64,000 nucleotides of DNA from Octopus vulgaris (taxonomy: Eukaryota), in contig OX597818.1 in assembly GCA_951406725.2 (NCBI GenBank), positions 85,684,001 through 85,748,000 on the forward strand, written 5' to 3'. The notes under the pieces were generated by a model, which did no database searches, was not told the origin of the DNA, and saw only the letters and a list, made by a program, of their open reading frames with translations. This document shows, piece after piece, positions 31,940 through 47,871 of this stretch. Position 1 is the first letter of the stretch. Each line of letters starts with the position of its first letter. A program made the translations under genes and the position numbers.

Positions 31940-34167
31940 GTAAGTAACCTCAACATTTTCAATCATTATTTATTTCTTATTTATGCATTTTGAATTATTA
32001 TAATACTGGCTTTACTGGATGGAATTGTTTTTTTATAATACAGACACAAGCATGGCTATGTGCTTAAGAAGCTTGCTTTCTACTATGCCTCAGGTTCAGT
32101 CCTGTTGTGTGACATCTGGGGCTAGTGTCTTCTACTATAATCCTGGACTGACCAAAGCATTTGTGAGTGGGTTTCGGAAATTTGGGAAATGGAAACTGAA
32201 AAGAAGCTCATTATGTACCAGCTTAGGTTGGGTAGTTTGAATGGATCCAATGAGCTGCAGAGCTGTACCAGACTCCAGTGTCAGTTTTGGCATTGTTTCT
32301 ATGACTGGATGCCCTTCATAAAGCCACTCACTTTACAATATGTACTAGGCATTTTTTTATCCGGCCGCCAGCACAAGTGAGAGGTTGCCATGTAACTTGT
32401 AAGACAAAAAAAGAACAGGGAGAAAGGAAAAAGAAAAAAACTCCCACTACTAAAAGGGAATGTTTGTGTACATGTATGTCTGTATACTTGTCTGCACCTT
32501 TGTCTTCACATCATGTGATGTAAACAAGCATCATCCTCATCATACAAGCAATGTTGTTCATTTCTATTCTTCCATGAAAAGCATGTCTGATCATGGGGAA
32601 AGATTACCTTTCTTGGAAACAGGTGAGGCTTAGCAGAAAATATGCCTCAACAAATTCTGTCTGATAACAACTTCCAAGCATGGAAAGGTGGATGTTAAAT
32701 GACGATGAGGAATATTTCAAAGCTAAACTTTAGTACATAATTAGTAGCATTTAAACATTCTGGGTCTAGTTCTGATTAGAGGGGAATAAAATAAATGTCA
32801 ATAATGTACTAGGTTAATCTGATGTTTTTTTATATGATTCTTCACTATCTATGGTCTCATTTCAATATAAAAAAGTCTTACCATATTTTCTAACATACAA
32901 ATCAACATTGTATATAGTGTAAATATGTAGTATAACCATTCAAACATCACTACTATCTTTACAAATCCTACTGCATTTCACATGGAATCTTTTAGTCCTC
33001 CAAAGTCATCTTGGGTGTATAAAGTCACCTTGCCTTTTTTGGCTGTAACTTTTGTCCTGAAAATTTTTACTTGTATACCAGAAAATACAGTAAAAGTTTT
33101 TTTAAAAATCATAGTAGTTGTTGTTATTAAGATAATAGAGGCAGCTGATGTTGTAGTACAGATCTGTCAAAAATCTAAATGTGTGTGTATATGTGTGTGC
33201 ATATGCATGTGTACAGCAAATATAGACAGACTCCTTGGAGAAGAAAAGATGAGGGGTTGGGTCAGCATATTGTAAAACATAGCCGCAGAAGTTTCTATGT
33301 GAGCTTCATAATTAAAATTCCACTCCAGCTCTCATTCTCTTGCTCTGCTGGGTGTTAATTATCAATGTTAATTATCTGAAATGTCCTGAGTCAAATATAG
33401 AAACTAACAGTTTGTGGAGGGGAAGTTTGTGCTGAGACTGTTAGAAGGTGGATGGATGTTTCACCTCCTTCCTTGCTATCAACACCAACCTCACTACCTC
33501 CACCTGGAACTGAACCCCCACCTCCTTCACTCACAATTCATCATTTCATAATATTTTGTTGAATTTATGAAAAAAAATTGCTTTTTTATCTTGTTTTAAA
33601 ATTTGTCATTGGTAATGGAAGCAGTATTAGTTCAAAATAGTATTGTATAATTTTACCTAACATGGATACACTGTTAAAAAAAAGCCAGAAAACTATGGTA
33701 TTTGTCTCAAGAAAGCATCTCATGTAGACATATAGTGCTAAAGAGGTACAGAAGAATATCAATAATTGATGAAAAGCACCCGGCTCTGTTAATTTATATA
33801 TTTGGATTTGAGATCACTTCCTGGCCTTAGTCAACCTACTTATATCTTTTAAATGCTATTCTATACCTTTTCAATAGTAATTAATATTAATGCTATTATC
33901 AATCTTTCACCCTTGTGATAAATACTGAAATTACTATTATTCGTTGTGTGCATGAATGTTTAACATTAGAAATCAATATCCTTGATACTGGGTCACAACC
34001 AATTTTCTTATATATTGAGGACCTTTCTTACAATCTTTGCTGTTCCCAATAGAGCAGGTTTCTGAATCAATATGACTTTTGTAGTTACACCAGTTTCAAT
34101 AAAGGAGTTGTTAAGTCTGTTGGTGTCTCAATAAGTGTTAAGTCTGTCATTATTATTATTCATATGA

Positions 34168-34470
34168 GAGTACATGGTCTAGTGGTTAGGATGTTGCACT
34201 CACAATCACAAGATTGTGGTTTCAGTTCCTAGACCGGGTGGTGCATTGTGTTTATGAGCAAAACACTTCATCTTACATTGCTCTGTGATCACTTTGACAG
34301 CTGATGCACGGTGCACCATGATCTTGTTCAGGTGATGTCAATTTGATGGAGGTAGTGAGCTAATGTACAGCACATACATTTGATCACTATAAACAAATCA
34401 TTTGTGCAGGTCATTCAGCAAAAGCTGAACAGACATATGTTGTCTTCAACAAGAGAGTCCATCATCATTA
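34168..34470 (+). mobile_element. tRNA-headed SINE, family D
   Basis: catggtctagtggttaggatgttgcactc...gtggtttcagttcctagacc...tttgatcactataaacaaatcatttgtgcagg. Homologous to the interrupted copy at 25681-26445. Confidence 0.7.
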
Positions 34471-36249
34471 TTATTGTTGTTGTTGCTGCATAGGCTGTGT
34501 CATTCATTTCCAATATTCTGCAAAAACACATCTGACCTTGGAGAAATATTATGCTGCTTGGGAACAGGTGAGGGCTTGTGATAGGAGGAAGAGAATCTGG
34601 CTGTAAAAAACCTGCCTCAAATAAACTTCATGTAACCCATGCAAGCATAGGAAAGAGTACATTAAATTGATAATGATGATGATGGAAAAGAAATGACAGA
34701 AAGCATATGTTGTATTTGTCGATATGGTTGGAGCCTTCTCGATTGTTGTGTGTCCTTGTTGCAAGTCTCATTGTTTAACATTGTTGAGAGTTACTGTCTA
34801 TCTGTAAGTCAGTAGATCTTAGATGAAAGGTGTTCTAGTTGTTACCATCTTGTGATTTTTCTAAGTGTGTGTGTGCATGTGGGTTACAGAAATAGTACAT
34901 CAAAGACTACCTTAAAGGGGAAAGACACCCTCCCCACCTTCGGTCATGAATGACTACAGTATTGCACCTAGAAAATTCCCCTCCAAGGTATAAGTCTGGG
35001 AAAGGTTGTTTATGGAAGACCAGCAGTCACTCATGCATACCAGCCTACCCTCTCCACACCACTGATGTTATCCAAAGTAAGGCAAAGACTGATACACCCT
35101 GGCACCAGGGATGTCGCAACTCATTTCTACAGCTGAGAGAACTGGAATAACTTGAAATAAAGTGCCTTACTCAAGAACACAGCACACAGCCTGGTCTAGG
35201 AATTGGACTAACTACCACATGATTATGAGCTCAGCATTGTAACCACTGAGCCACTTAAGTATTCAATACACTTTTACACTCATTTCAGTCACTGGACTGC
35301 AGTCATGTTGGAGCACTGCCTGGAAGTGCTTAGTCGAGTAAATGGATCCTAGTATTTATTCTATTAATCCCTTTTGCTAAACTAAGTTACAGGGACATAA
35401 ACAAACTAGGACCAGTTATCAAGTGGTGGACAGGAACAAACACAGATGCAGTTACACATACACTCGAAAAGGCATCCACACAGTTTCTGTCAACCAGATT
35501 CACTTGTAAGACATTTGGTCAGCTCAGGGCTATAGCAAAAGACGCTTGCCCAAGGTGCTGTACATTAGGACTGAACTTAAAACCTCATGGTTCAGAGGAA
35601 CTTCATAACTACAAAGTCATGCTTGCACCTAAAAAGTCAAAGGCTACCCTTTTTTCTGCTTCTTTTTTTTTTTACTTAAATTTGGCAGGAAGTGAGTGAA
35701 GTGAGATGTGGTTGCTATTTTTAGCAGGTTGGGTGACCATTTGAGTGTCCTTTGTTGCTATTGGTTTCTGCTGAAAATATTGTTCTTGTCATTGCTGTTG
35801 TTATTGTCATTGTTGACACTGTTGTTGATGTTAGTAAAGTTGTTGATGTTGCTAAGTGTTTCTATTTGTCAAAATATCAAAATGGAAAACATTAAAAGAA
35901 ACACGAGAAAACAAAAAACAACAAAATATTTTACAGTATGATTGCACCCTCTTCCACCTAATCTCACTGGAGTTCTGGGACTAACAGCTGTTCTTTTGTT
36001 TTATCTCATTTGTCACTCAGCACTTCACCTCTTTCATCATTACTACAAGTATGCACAAACTTACCTTACTCTTCACCTACATATTCCCATGGAGACACAA
36101 CCACACACACACAGATTTATATACACTCACATTCCTACACAAGCACACATATACACATACATTCAAACAGTTACACATAAAAAATTACACTTGCATGTAT
36201 ACACACATGCACATATGTGTGTATGTATATATGAGTGTGTGTATGTATG

Positions 36250-36300
<51 letters not shown>

Positions 36301-38439
36301 TCATGTCGCGTGCACACATTCATGTGTGTGTACATACTGGTACACAAATACTGACGCATACATATATGCATTTATAATCATATACACTTTCTTACACATA
36401 TCCACAAACATATTCACATGCATACAAACACATAGAAATACACTTACAAGCACACACATACATGTGATTATACTGAAATATGCATTCACATATATACATT
36501 TGCATTAACTTACAAGCATATTGTATACACAAATACATGCATATACACATACACACTCACTCATATGTATACCTACACACTTTTACTCATACATACATTT
36601 ACATAAATTTACAATCATGTATACACAAAAGCATATGCTCTCTCTCTCTCTCCCTCCCTCCTTCCCTCATTCACTCTCTCCCTCCCTCCCTCCCCCCTCT
36701 CTCTCCATCCCTCCCTCCCTCTTTTTCTCTCTTTTTCACACACTGGCATACAGACTTATAAATCTAGTGCAGTTTTTAGTTTTGCACCCCTGCGTTGCAT
36801 TCCAGAATTCAAAAAAAAAAAAAAAAGGAACAAATAGGTATTGATATGTACATGTTACATTGCACATGCTAACATGTTCGTGTAATATTACACCATACAC
36901 ACATGTCTAAACATGTAAGAATCCTCAAAATTATCATCATTTTAACCTCTATATTTCCATGCTTGCATGGGTCAGATGAGATTTGTTGAGGCAGATTTTC
37001 TGCAACTGAATGTCCTTCCTATCACCAACCCTCATCTGCTTCCGAGTAATGTATGTATGACTCTGCTTCTCAGAGTCATACATACACACATACAGTCATA
37101 CACATACATATATGGGCATACTGTTGCACTGCAGACATTATTACACACAGCTATACCTTTGATACATGAGTACTCTTATATGCATACTGCTACAGACATA
37201 TATACACATAGCCAGTACATATATCTACTTATATATGTGCACTTGTATGCTTGCTTGTGTATGGCAAACATTTACTTGTGCATATGTGTGTGTGTTGATT
37301 TGGTAGTAATGGTCACGATGGTGATAGTGTGATGGTATGGTGGCATTACTACTACTACTACCACCACCACTACTGCCACTACTACTACTACTACTACTAC
37401 TACAGCTACTGATGCTACTTTTTACAATAATACTGTTGGTGGAGTGGCAGTAGAGAAAGTCATGATGGTTGTAGTGTAGTTAATGGTATTACTTTTAAGA
37501 CCGGTTGTAGTAGTAATGTAAATGGTGGGTAGTGGTGGTGGTGGTGGAGGCAGTGGTAGTAACAGTGAAGGTGTTATTGTGTATTTAAATGGCAAGAATC
37601 CCTTCTACATAATTCCTCCCTCCTATCCTAATTCTATTTTCTGTCTATGGTTGTAGACTGGCCAGGTTATTATTGGGGTACCATTCTCACAAATATACAT
37701 GTCTATACAATATACACACAGATATACATACACACTCATATACATATCCAGGATGACATAGTGTGTGTAGTGGGAACTCGTTGCTAAATCTCCTGTATCA
37801 CCCTTCATGCTTTCAAATACACACCTATTAGCATTTCCTAATTATTGCCAACAATAATTAAAAAAAAAAAGCTAATATATGTGAAATTTAAACAACAAAT
37901 TAAAAAAACATGAATTTATAAGAGTACAGGCTAACCATTCTACACCTGGGAACCCACCAGCCAAATTAAGTCAATGCTTTGTATCATGTTGGCTTCCTGT
38001 TGCTTCTTGAATCTTGTATCTCTAAAAATGCTTGTGAGCATCTTTGTTGTCAAACAGAGCAGAGCAAGAAATTTCTCACATCTTCCAGGAAGTAGCTCAT
38101 TAATTGTTTATTGACAATTAGTGAGGTTCTCATTAGTTGCTAATCATCAAAGTGTGCCACAAGATCAGAGCTCATCTCCACCTCTTCAATCAAGGCACCA
38201 TGGCTTTTCCTTTGGTTCTCATTAGGTGGACACGTGTGTATGAGTGTGTATGTATATCTATCTGTGCATGTATATGTTTATATGTGTGTGTATCTGCATA
38301 TTTGTGTAAATATATGTGTGTGCCTGCATATTTATCTGGTTTGGGAGTTTCAGGTTTTGAAGCATTTAGAACCACCTCTTAGCCATTATTGTTCTGACCT
38401 GGAATATTAGCTTCTATTAGGGTCCCAGCTATGGGTTAA

Positions 38440-38735
38440 ATAGTATGCAACCGCTCAGGCCAGAGTACATTCAAACCATGGGATGCAGCTTGGTAAACAT
38501 GAACTATTTTAACAGATGCTGAGTGGATATACTGACAACAAACTGCCAACAGCCAAGATCAACTAGTTCAGTTAGTGAACTACTGCTATCATCTGTAGTT
38601 ATAGCATGCACAGATTAGCTATTTCACCTTTTGAAAGACCAATGTGACAAAGATCCAAGCCAGCCATTCATGTTGCATCACTTGACTGGGACATCTAGCA
38701 TGGAAGAATTGCATTAGTCTAGGCAAGTTGCCTGA
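38440..38735 (+). mobile_element. Possible very old RTE LINE remnant (thumb region)
   Basis: Fragmentary frames such as NVTKIQA...LGHL resemble the 'RW.GH..RM' region, but with many indels. Confidence 0.3.
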
Positions 38736-39364
38736 CTGAACAACATGTAATTTTTTATTTAAGTGTTCCACGAAATTGGGGCCTGTCACCTCCTCTTCAT
38801 TCAATACATTGTAAGTTTTCCTTCCCCTTCTTTCATTTTGTTCCATAGTTCTTAGTTCTTCAATTGTTACATGTAGAAAAGTGAACTTCAGTGCAATGTA
38901 CAGCATGAAGGCTTCCTTCTCTGTGCCTGTTTGCTACTCTTCATTGTTGTTTGTCTTTTCAATCCAAGAAAGACGATTCTGCAATTTCTTGCTGAACAAC
39001 CTGCACAGATGGTATATATCTATAGCGATCAAATGTTTATGTTGCTCTCATTATCAAATAGATATTGCTTGTACAAGTGCATGGGTGTGCCAGTGATAGA
39101 TGTTGAAGCTATCGCAGAGCAATGTTTCGCTCAAGAACACAACACACTCCTTGGTCTGGGAATTGAAATCACAATCTTGCACTCATGAGTGCAACACCCT
39201 AACCACTAGGCTGTGCATCCTCACTCTTCATATTGTAATTTTTTGCACCAAATTCATCTTTTCAAGGTCAATAAAATAACTACCAGTCAAACACTGAGGT
39301 TGATGTAATTGACTTAGACCCCAACCAAAAAAAAAATTACTGGCATTGTGCCAAAATTTGAAAC

Positions 39365-39409
<45 letters not shown>

Positions 39410-42400
39410 CATCATCATTATTAAAGGCAGTGAGCAGGCAAAATGCTTAGCAGTATTTCATCTGTCTTTACCTTCTGAGTTCAAATTCCGCCGAGGTCGA
39501 CTTTCTCTTATTCATCCTTTCAGGGTTGATTAAATAAGTACCAGTTACACACTGGGTTCAATGTAATCAACTAGCTCCCTCCCACAAAATTTCTGGCTTT
39601 GTGCCTTTAATATAAAGGATTATTATTATTATTAATTTTAAGTCAGCTAGCAAAATTCTTAGCAGAGTTTCATTTATCTGCAATGTTCTGAGTTCAAATT
39701 CCAGTGAGGTTGACTTTGCCTCTCATCCTTTTGGGGTTGATAAAATAAATACCAGCTGAGCACTGGGGTCAATGTAATCAACTTACTCCCTTCCCTGAAA
39801 TTGTTGGCCTTGTGCCAAAAGTTTGAAAACATTATTATTGGTGGTGGTGTTACTGTATAATATGAGCTACAATAAGAATGATAATCCTCATTTTGACACT
39901 CTCTCTCATGTAGCAGGATCAACATGGCTCTATAAAATGACACTTCAGCAAAAATTCCTCTGTTGTCTGCAATTAAGTGGGTTATTGTTTCTTTTTTTTT
40001 CCCTTCTGATATTTTTAGTTTTATTCTTCTTTGGTCATTGTTGTCATCATCTTTGTCTTTTTTCTTCATCTTCTTCATCATTGACTTTGTCATCAGTTTC
40101 TGCTTCCTTTTTCCTCTTTGCCATCTTTTTATTTTGTCTCCTCTTTCTTCTTTCCCTTCCTTCTTTTCTTTTTTTTTTTGTGTCTTGTTTATCATTGTCT
40201 GCTTCATTATCTTCTTTTTCTTCCTCTCCTTCTATTGTCCTCATTGTCATTATCTTCTTCATCTTCATCTCTGTTTTCACCTCCCCCTCCTCTTCATTTC
40301 CTCCTCATTTTTCAAGACATCAAAACTTAACCCAAGATTCCTTCACTTGATTATGAACTTGCTAATAACTAACACAAATCACGTATCTTTTAGTTAATTT
40401 GATTGGAGTTGAGACAATTGCTTTCACCCTGTCGTTTCTCTCCATCTGTCCCTCCCCCACTTCCTCCTATCTTCCCCCACCCCTTTCTTCATCACTTCAT
40501 GGTCTTACCTTGTTTTCTGCCATATCAGAATTAATCTGGACTCGGAGGAAATCTTTCTCTTTTCTCCATATCCAGCTTAGTTAGTAGTTAATTACTCTTC
40601 ACTGTGTGTGTGTGTCACTGCCTCTTCCTTGATCTCAGAAACATGTGAAACAGATATGGTGAGGGTGAAGAGAAGTCTAAGTCCATCTAAGGTAACCTTA
40701 ATAACTTGTGCTGTTTTGCATTATCAAACTACTTTTATTTTTGTAAATGTTTTCATTTCCTTTCCATCTCAACTATCTTCTAAATTAACTGGATCAATTT
40801 CTATTCCCAGCCAACCAATTGTTCTTAAGTGCCCTTCATCCTTTTTACCTGACCATGTGCTAAACACATTAAACATGGTGTCTACATGTCACCTCAATAA
40901 CTTTCTACATAAAACAAACCTTTTCTACGGATTTTCCTTTTTGTAAACTCCTCTTTGTTTGATATACTTGAAACACCTATTCTTATACTTAATACTATTG
41001 TTCTTTCTCTTATTCTTTTACTTGTTTCAATCATTTGACCATGACTATGCTGAAGCACTGCCTTAAAGGGTTTTAGTCGAAGAAATCAACCCCAGGATTT
41101 ATTATTATATTGGTCTTTTTTGCCGAACTGCTACATTACGGGGACATAAACACATCAGCATCAGTTGTCAAGTGATGGCAGAGTTACAAACACTGACACA
41201 CACACATAAATATATATATATGCACACATGAGAGGCTTCTTTCAGTTTCCATCTCCCAAATTCACTCCCAAAGATTTGGTCAGCCCAAGTTTATAGTAGA
41301 AGACTCTTGCCCAAGTTGCCACTCAGTAGGACTGAACCCAGAACCATGTGGTTGGGAAGCAAGCTTCTTAGCACACAGCCACATTTACAAAATTTATTGT
41401 TTTTGTATTTTTATTATCCCACTGAATAAAATATTTAGTAAGGTTAATTCTGGCTCTTTTACATTCTGTCTTTCATCCTTTCAGGGTCAATAAAATAAGT
41501 AGCAGTTGTGCACTGGGTTCAATGTAATCGACTAGACCCCTCCCTTCAAAATTTCAAGCCTTGTGCTTCTAGTAGAGAGGATTATTATTACCTTTGAGTT
41601 AGTCAAGCCCCAAGTTGCTATCACTTGTAGATGGAGTTTTGTGTTTGTGTCAGAGAGAGAGAATGTTAGTGCAGTGCTTGTGTGTGAGAGCATAAATATG
41701 TGTGTATGAGTGTGTGTTTGTGCATGTAAGGCTGCATGTGTGTGCATGTGAGGGAGAGAGTAAGGGAGTTTGAGAAGGTTCATAGCTTAGTGGTTAGGGT
41801 ATTTGTCTCATGATTGTAAGTTTGTAAGTTCAGTTACTGGTAGCGCATCATGTCCTTGAGTAAGACACTCTACTTCCCACTGTTCCAGTCCACTCAGCTG
41901 GCAAAAATGAGTTGTGCCTGTATTTCAAAGGGCCAGTCTTATCACATTGTGTGTCATGCTGGAACTCCTTAAGTGCTATGTTAAGGGGATGTGTGTCTAT
42001 GGAGTGTTTGACCACTTGCACATTAACTTCAAGAGCAGGCTGTTCCATTGATCAGCTCAACTGAAACCATCATCGTCATATCCTACAGAGTGTCATTTAA
42101 TGTGATGGAGTCTGTATGTAAGTATGGGTGTGTGAGAATGTCTGCATGCATATGTGTATGTGTGTATGCATATAGGATTGCGTTTCAACTAGATGCTGTT
42201 ATGAATGAAAAAGAATTCTCTTTGAACTGGTCTATGCAATTGATGCCAGACCTTCCTTAAATGGAGGATGTCACTTGGGATCAAACCAGAATAAAGAGTC
42301 CAGTTGGTGCTACAGTGAAACAAAATAAGAGTTGCCCTTTATGTACGAATGGGTCTTAAATATCATTTGGTCTCAAAACTTTTTTGTTTCTCTGTTCACT

Positions 42401-42882
42401 TTAATATTCAGTTGATTAAATCATGTCTTATACATATACTTTCCCTCTTCACAAACATCAGTTTAATATATTCTAAACATATTTATCTATGTTATCTCAC
42501 CATTTGCTGATTACTATCACACACTCAAACACACACACACACACGCACACACACACGCACACACCCATGTACTCTGATACAGACTCATGCGCATACACAC
42601 TCCTACACATTCACACCCTCATACATACTCTCACAAATGCACACACGTACATTCACACACATTCACACACCCACATGCTTTCACACACATACATGCATAC
42701 ATACATTCATGCTCACACATGCTTTCATACACATGCATACCCACATGTTCTCACTCACACACACACACTTACCCACAATCACACCAAATCACACACATAC
42801 ACATTGATGCCTCACCAAATCCCCAGTGACATAATTATAATTCGAAATTTTCTTATTTTTCACGTATCTATATATATATGTT

Positions 42883-42936
<54 letters not shown>

Positions 42937-43392
42937 TTCTCTTTTACACAATTTCATATTTCAAAGAGCTCTTGTGATGACTTTTCCAGAGACACAAACA
43001 TTAAAAATATCAACAAGAATAATGCAAAAACAAATGGTTGGACCTCAGAGGTTAGGAAACTGGAGGTGGTTAGCGGCAGGGTATAAATTGACTCTCTCAT
43101 CATCGTCATCATCATCACCATCATCATTATCTGAATATAGATGTTTAAATATTTATCGTTATCTATTTCCAAGGGCCATGTGTCATATGCAGGGAATGCT
43201 TGTGTGTGGGGTATGCACATGTTTGTGTGCATGTGTGTGTGAGTGAGCACGTGCGTCTGTGTGTGTGTTTTTACCACACATAACCTTTTGTTTCTTGTTT
43301 ATCTTATCAGATAATCTAGTGTTAGTTATTTATCTTCAGTCTGCTGGCTGTGGGATGAATATCTTCTGTCTGTATATATCTCGCTTCTATCG

Positions 43393-43475
<83 letters not shown>

Positions 43476-43568
43476 CTAACTAAAGTAAATTTCAGTCTGC
43501 TTCTTGAGAGATAAGAGAAGAAAACAAAAATCTGATGTATTTTTCTGAATAAATCTGTATGTGTATGA

Positions 43569-43600
<32 letters not shown>

Positions 43601-44553
43601 TTATGTATGTATACATATATATGTATGTATGTATGTGTATATATATGTTTGTGTGTGTGTGCATATATCTATATATATGTGTATATAAATATGTATGTAT
43701 GTGTAGATTAATGTGTATATGTATGTGTGTACATGTATGTATATGCATGTATATGTGTGTACATGTATGTATATGCATGTATGTGTGTGTACATGTATGC
43801 ATATGTATGTATGTGTGTATAGATAGATATAGATATGTGAATGTATGCACATATGTATGTACCTACATACATACATATATACATACACACACGCACGCAC
43901 ACTAGGTGCAGGGAGAGAAAGATGAGTTTCTTATAGTTGCAAGGCTTAAAATTTGCATGGGTGTTGAAAATGTGAAAATGAGATTTTATAGCAGCACCCT
44001 TCTGTTTCTTAAAGACATTAGCAAAGTAAATGAAGCGCGACAGTGACTACAGGGTGTGAGGTGGGAATTAAGAAGTCGGTTTGCCAAATGGCTCCCTGCA
44101 TGTTTACTGCTGATTCGCAATTCTTCTTTGTGTAAGAGTACGTGTGTCTGTGTGTACCTAATGGTTACAGCACAGCAATCGCAATCACAAGATCATAGTT
44201 TCAATTCATGGACTAGCGGTGCATTGTGTTTTTGAACAAAACACTTCATTTGACATTGCTCCAGTCCAATCACCTATAAATCAGCTATAAATGGATAACC
44301 CTATAATGGATTAGTGCCCTGCTTGAGAGAACATGGTTCTGAGCAAGTTGATATTTCTCCAATGCTCACACATTTTTTGCAAAAGATCAGAACTGAATGA
44401 CACTGCTTGTATGACAGTGACACTAATATCCAATTATTACTTAATGACAAGACAAGAAGACACAGTCATACACACACACACATATCCTTGTGCACATGTG
44501 TGTGTGTGTGTGTGTGTGCGCGCACACACATGCGCATACCACATACAGGTAGG

Positions 44554-44601
<48 letters not shown>

Positions 44602-44904
44602 CAGACACAGGAGGTTCTTTCATTTTCCATCTACCAAATCTACTCACAAGGCTTTGGTCAACTCAGGGCTATTGCTGAAAACACCTTATCTAAGGAGAGC
44701 CTGTCCATCTCTCATTTGCTTATTATTATTAATATTATTATTATTATTATTATTATTATCATTATTATCATCATTATTATTTTTATTATTAACTCTTTTG
44801 ATATCCGCCCACCTTGGACCACTTCTTGGTTCTATGATGTAAACTCTGTTTTAAAGTGGCCTAAATACCACTATTTCATATTAATTTATGTTGCAAACTT
44901 CATC

Positions 44905-45549
44905 TTAATGCTTTTGATACCAACCTGCCTAAGAACACCCTGGTTGTATGAAACAAACTTTTTGTTTTAAATTGATCTAAGTTAAAATTTTCCATCAAAT
45001 TTTCCTGTTGATTTATGTTCAAAATACTAGCTAAATAATAACAGTTATTTTATTAAATTCTTCATTATTTTCCCCAAATTAATTTAAACAAGCACAATAT
45101 ATTTCAATAGAAATATGGTAATAAAAGTGTTAATGACAAAGTAATTTTACTAAATTCTTCATTATTTTCAAATTTAATTGAAATAATGGTAGTATATTTC
45201 AACAGAAATATGGTTGCAAAAGTGTTAAAGTAATCGAAATTAAAACCTGCCATCAAAGTTTCATGTTATATTCAAAACATCACCTTAATAGTGATAAAGT
45301 ATTTTTACTAAATTCTTCATTATTTTGAAAATTAATTGAAATAATGGTGGTGTATTTCAACTGAAATATGGTAACAAAAGTGCTAAAGCAATCTAAATTA
45401 AAACCTTCCATCAACATTTTATGTTAATTTATGTTCCAAACATCAGCTTAATAACGATGAGAGTATTTTACTAAATTCTTTGCTATTTTCAAAATTGATA
45501 GAAATGAAGCCATTGTATTTTGGTAGAAATACAATAATAAAAGGGTTAG
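44905..45549. mobile_element. Tandem array of a TTAA-flanked (piggyBac-like) MITE family
   Basis: Four units, each ending tatttcaacagaaatatggtaacaaaag(t/g)gttaa or a close variant. Same family at about 3745-4415, 56615-56780, 62991-63211 and 63344-63961. Confidence 0.65.
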
Positions 45550-46621
45550 AACCATTCTTTACAAATTATCACAAAACAAACTACTACCTTCTGGAAAATT
45601 TACAAGTGTTGACTTGAAGCTGTCTCATGCCCCCATAAGGATGTAGTTTTATCTCCACTCGTTACTTTCCACTTAATTTGGTAATATTAAGGTGTAAAGG
45701 GTAAGTATTACTTGTGAGGTTACTAACAGAAAGGGAAGTCCTACAATACTACAAAGAACTGAAGAAGTTCATAAGAATAACACCTTCTAACCATCTATAA
45801 TATACTACACTTCAAAGTCAGTGTAGGTGCAGCCATGGGTATGTGGTCATGAAACACATTTTGTAGCGACATGGGTTTGGGTTCAGTCCCATTTTGCAGC
45901 ACCTTGGGTATTTGTCTTCTGCTTTATCCTCAGGCCAACGTATGCTTTGTGAATGAATTTGGTTGATGAAAATTGTGTGGAAGCCTGTCATTTGTGTGTG
46001 TATGTATGGTTATATATATATGTGTGTGTGTGTTTTTTGTATTTGTCATCCACTCTGCCATCCTCCATCACTTAACAACTGGTGTTGGTTTGTTTACATC
46101 CATATAATATAGCAGTTTGGTAAAGGCAGACAACCGAATAAGTACATCTTTAAAAAGAAAAAAAAAAAAAAGAAACCACAAAAATACTGTGGTCAATCTG
46201 TTTGACTAAGACCTTTCAGGTTGGTGCCCCATTGTAGCTGCAGATATGTGACTGAAACAAGGAAAACGTTAGAGATAAAAGATATGCTGACTTAATCCAG
46301 TATTTCGGATTCCCAGTCTCAAGTAGTTTTGGCTGGACTAAAATGTTTACAGCATTATCTCTTCATCCTCAGTTTAATAATTAATGTATTAGCTAAAGAT
46401 CTCTATAACATTGCTACTTATCATCTATCTTTTACTTGTTTCAGTCATTGGACTGCAGCCATAATGGGACATCACCTTCAAAGGTTTAGTCAAACAAATC
46501 AAACCCAGCACTTACTTTTTAGTCTGGAACTTATCTGTTGCACTCTTTTTGCCAAACCACTCAATTATGGGGGTGTCAACTAACCAACTCTTGTCACCAG
46601 GTAGTGATGAGGAACAAAGAT

Positions 46622-46654
<33 letters not shown>

Positions 46655-47217
46655 CATGCATACAGTCATAAATGACAAAAATAGTCTGATGAAATTTTAT
46701 TTAACAATAACAAAATTTTAATATTACAACAGAATGTTTCATAACTTAAAAACATGTAAATAATTTATATTATTGTATTTAATAACAAATTATTTATCTG
46801 TCTGCATTAATGCAAAAATCATTCAAAGTAATGCAGAATTTGAGCTACATCCTCTTGTTAAAATATTCTATATGTTTTGTAGAATGATACAATGAGTTTT
46901 TTTTATGAGTACTACCGGATTATTTGAATCCATATATTATAACTTAAATTTACATACACACATGCAACAGGCTTCTTTCAGTTTCCTTCTAACAAATCCA
47001 CTTACATAGTTTTGCTTGGCCTGAGGCTATAACAGAAGAGACTTGACCAAGGTGTCACACAGTCGGATTGAACCTGAAACCATGTGGTTTGGAAGCAAAT
47101 CTTCAATCACACTGCCATGTCTATGCTTATTGTACAGTTAATATATCATTTTTTTTAGTTTTAATGTTTTTCTTGACTAATATGCCTTTTTTTTTCTTCT
47201 CAAATTTACTTTTTCAG

Positions 47218-47314
47218 TTTTCATATGAGCCAGATGTTCCCTACCGAAATGTGCCATTTGAGATTACATGGGGCCCCAACGAAAGACCTTTGGATAACCT
47301 AGGAAGTATACAAG
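47218..47314 (+). CDS. PlexB: Plexin exon D: end of IPT2
   Basis: ttttcAG|TTT...CAAG|GTtagt. Reads FSYEPDVPYRNVPFEITWGPNERPLDNLGSIQ-(V), with the F.I.W...PLDN motif. Ends phase 1, matching the next exon. Confidence 0.88.
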
Positions 47315-47566
47315 GTTAGTGATCATTGAGACAAGATTGTCACATGTTCAGCTTTCTATTTTTCTTTTACTGTGTCTGTGTGTATACAAATGCATGATGT
47401 ATATGGATGTGCTTTTTGTTCCTGGAAACAGGAAGTTATAAGGCTATTCCACTGTTAAGACGATCAAGAAGGGTCAAAAATAGATTAAGACAGTTCATCA
47501 TTTTTTTAATCTATGAAGAAATAAGTAAACTTAATATGTTTCTGTGTCTACTGCATAGGTTTACAT

Positions 47567-47601
<35 letters not shown>

Positions 47602-47830
47602 GGAGAGAGAGAGAGAGAGAGAGAGATTTCAGAAAAATTTCTTGGTACAGTTGTAGTATTTGGAAAAAGATCTTCGGTGAAAACTTACTAACCATATATA
47701 AAAGTTTTTAAAAAGAAAGTTATGAACACAGACTTGATGGAAGGAATATTTTGTGTAAGCACTTTTTACTGCTTAGAGCTCTTCAAATAGTTTGTCTGTG
47801 TTACTTCTTTCTTTTATAAGTCTTTCTTTC

Positions 47831-47869
<39 letters not shown>

Positions 47870-47871
47870 TA

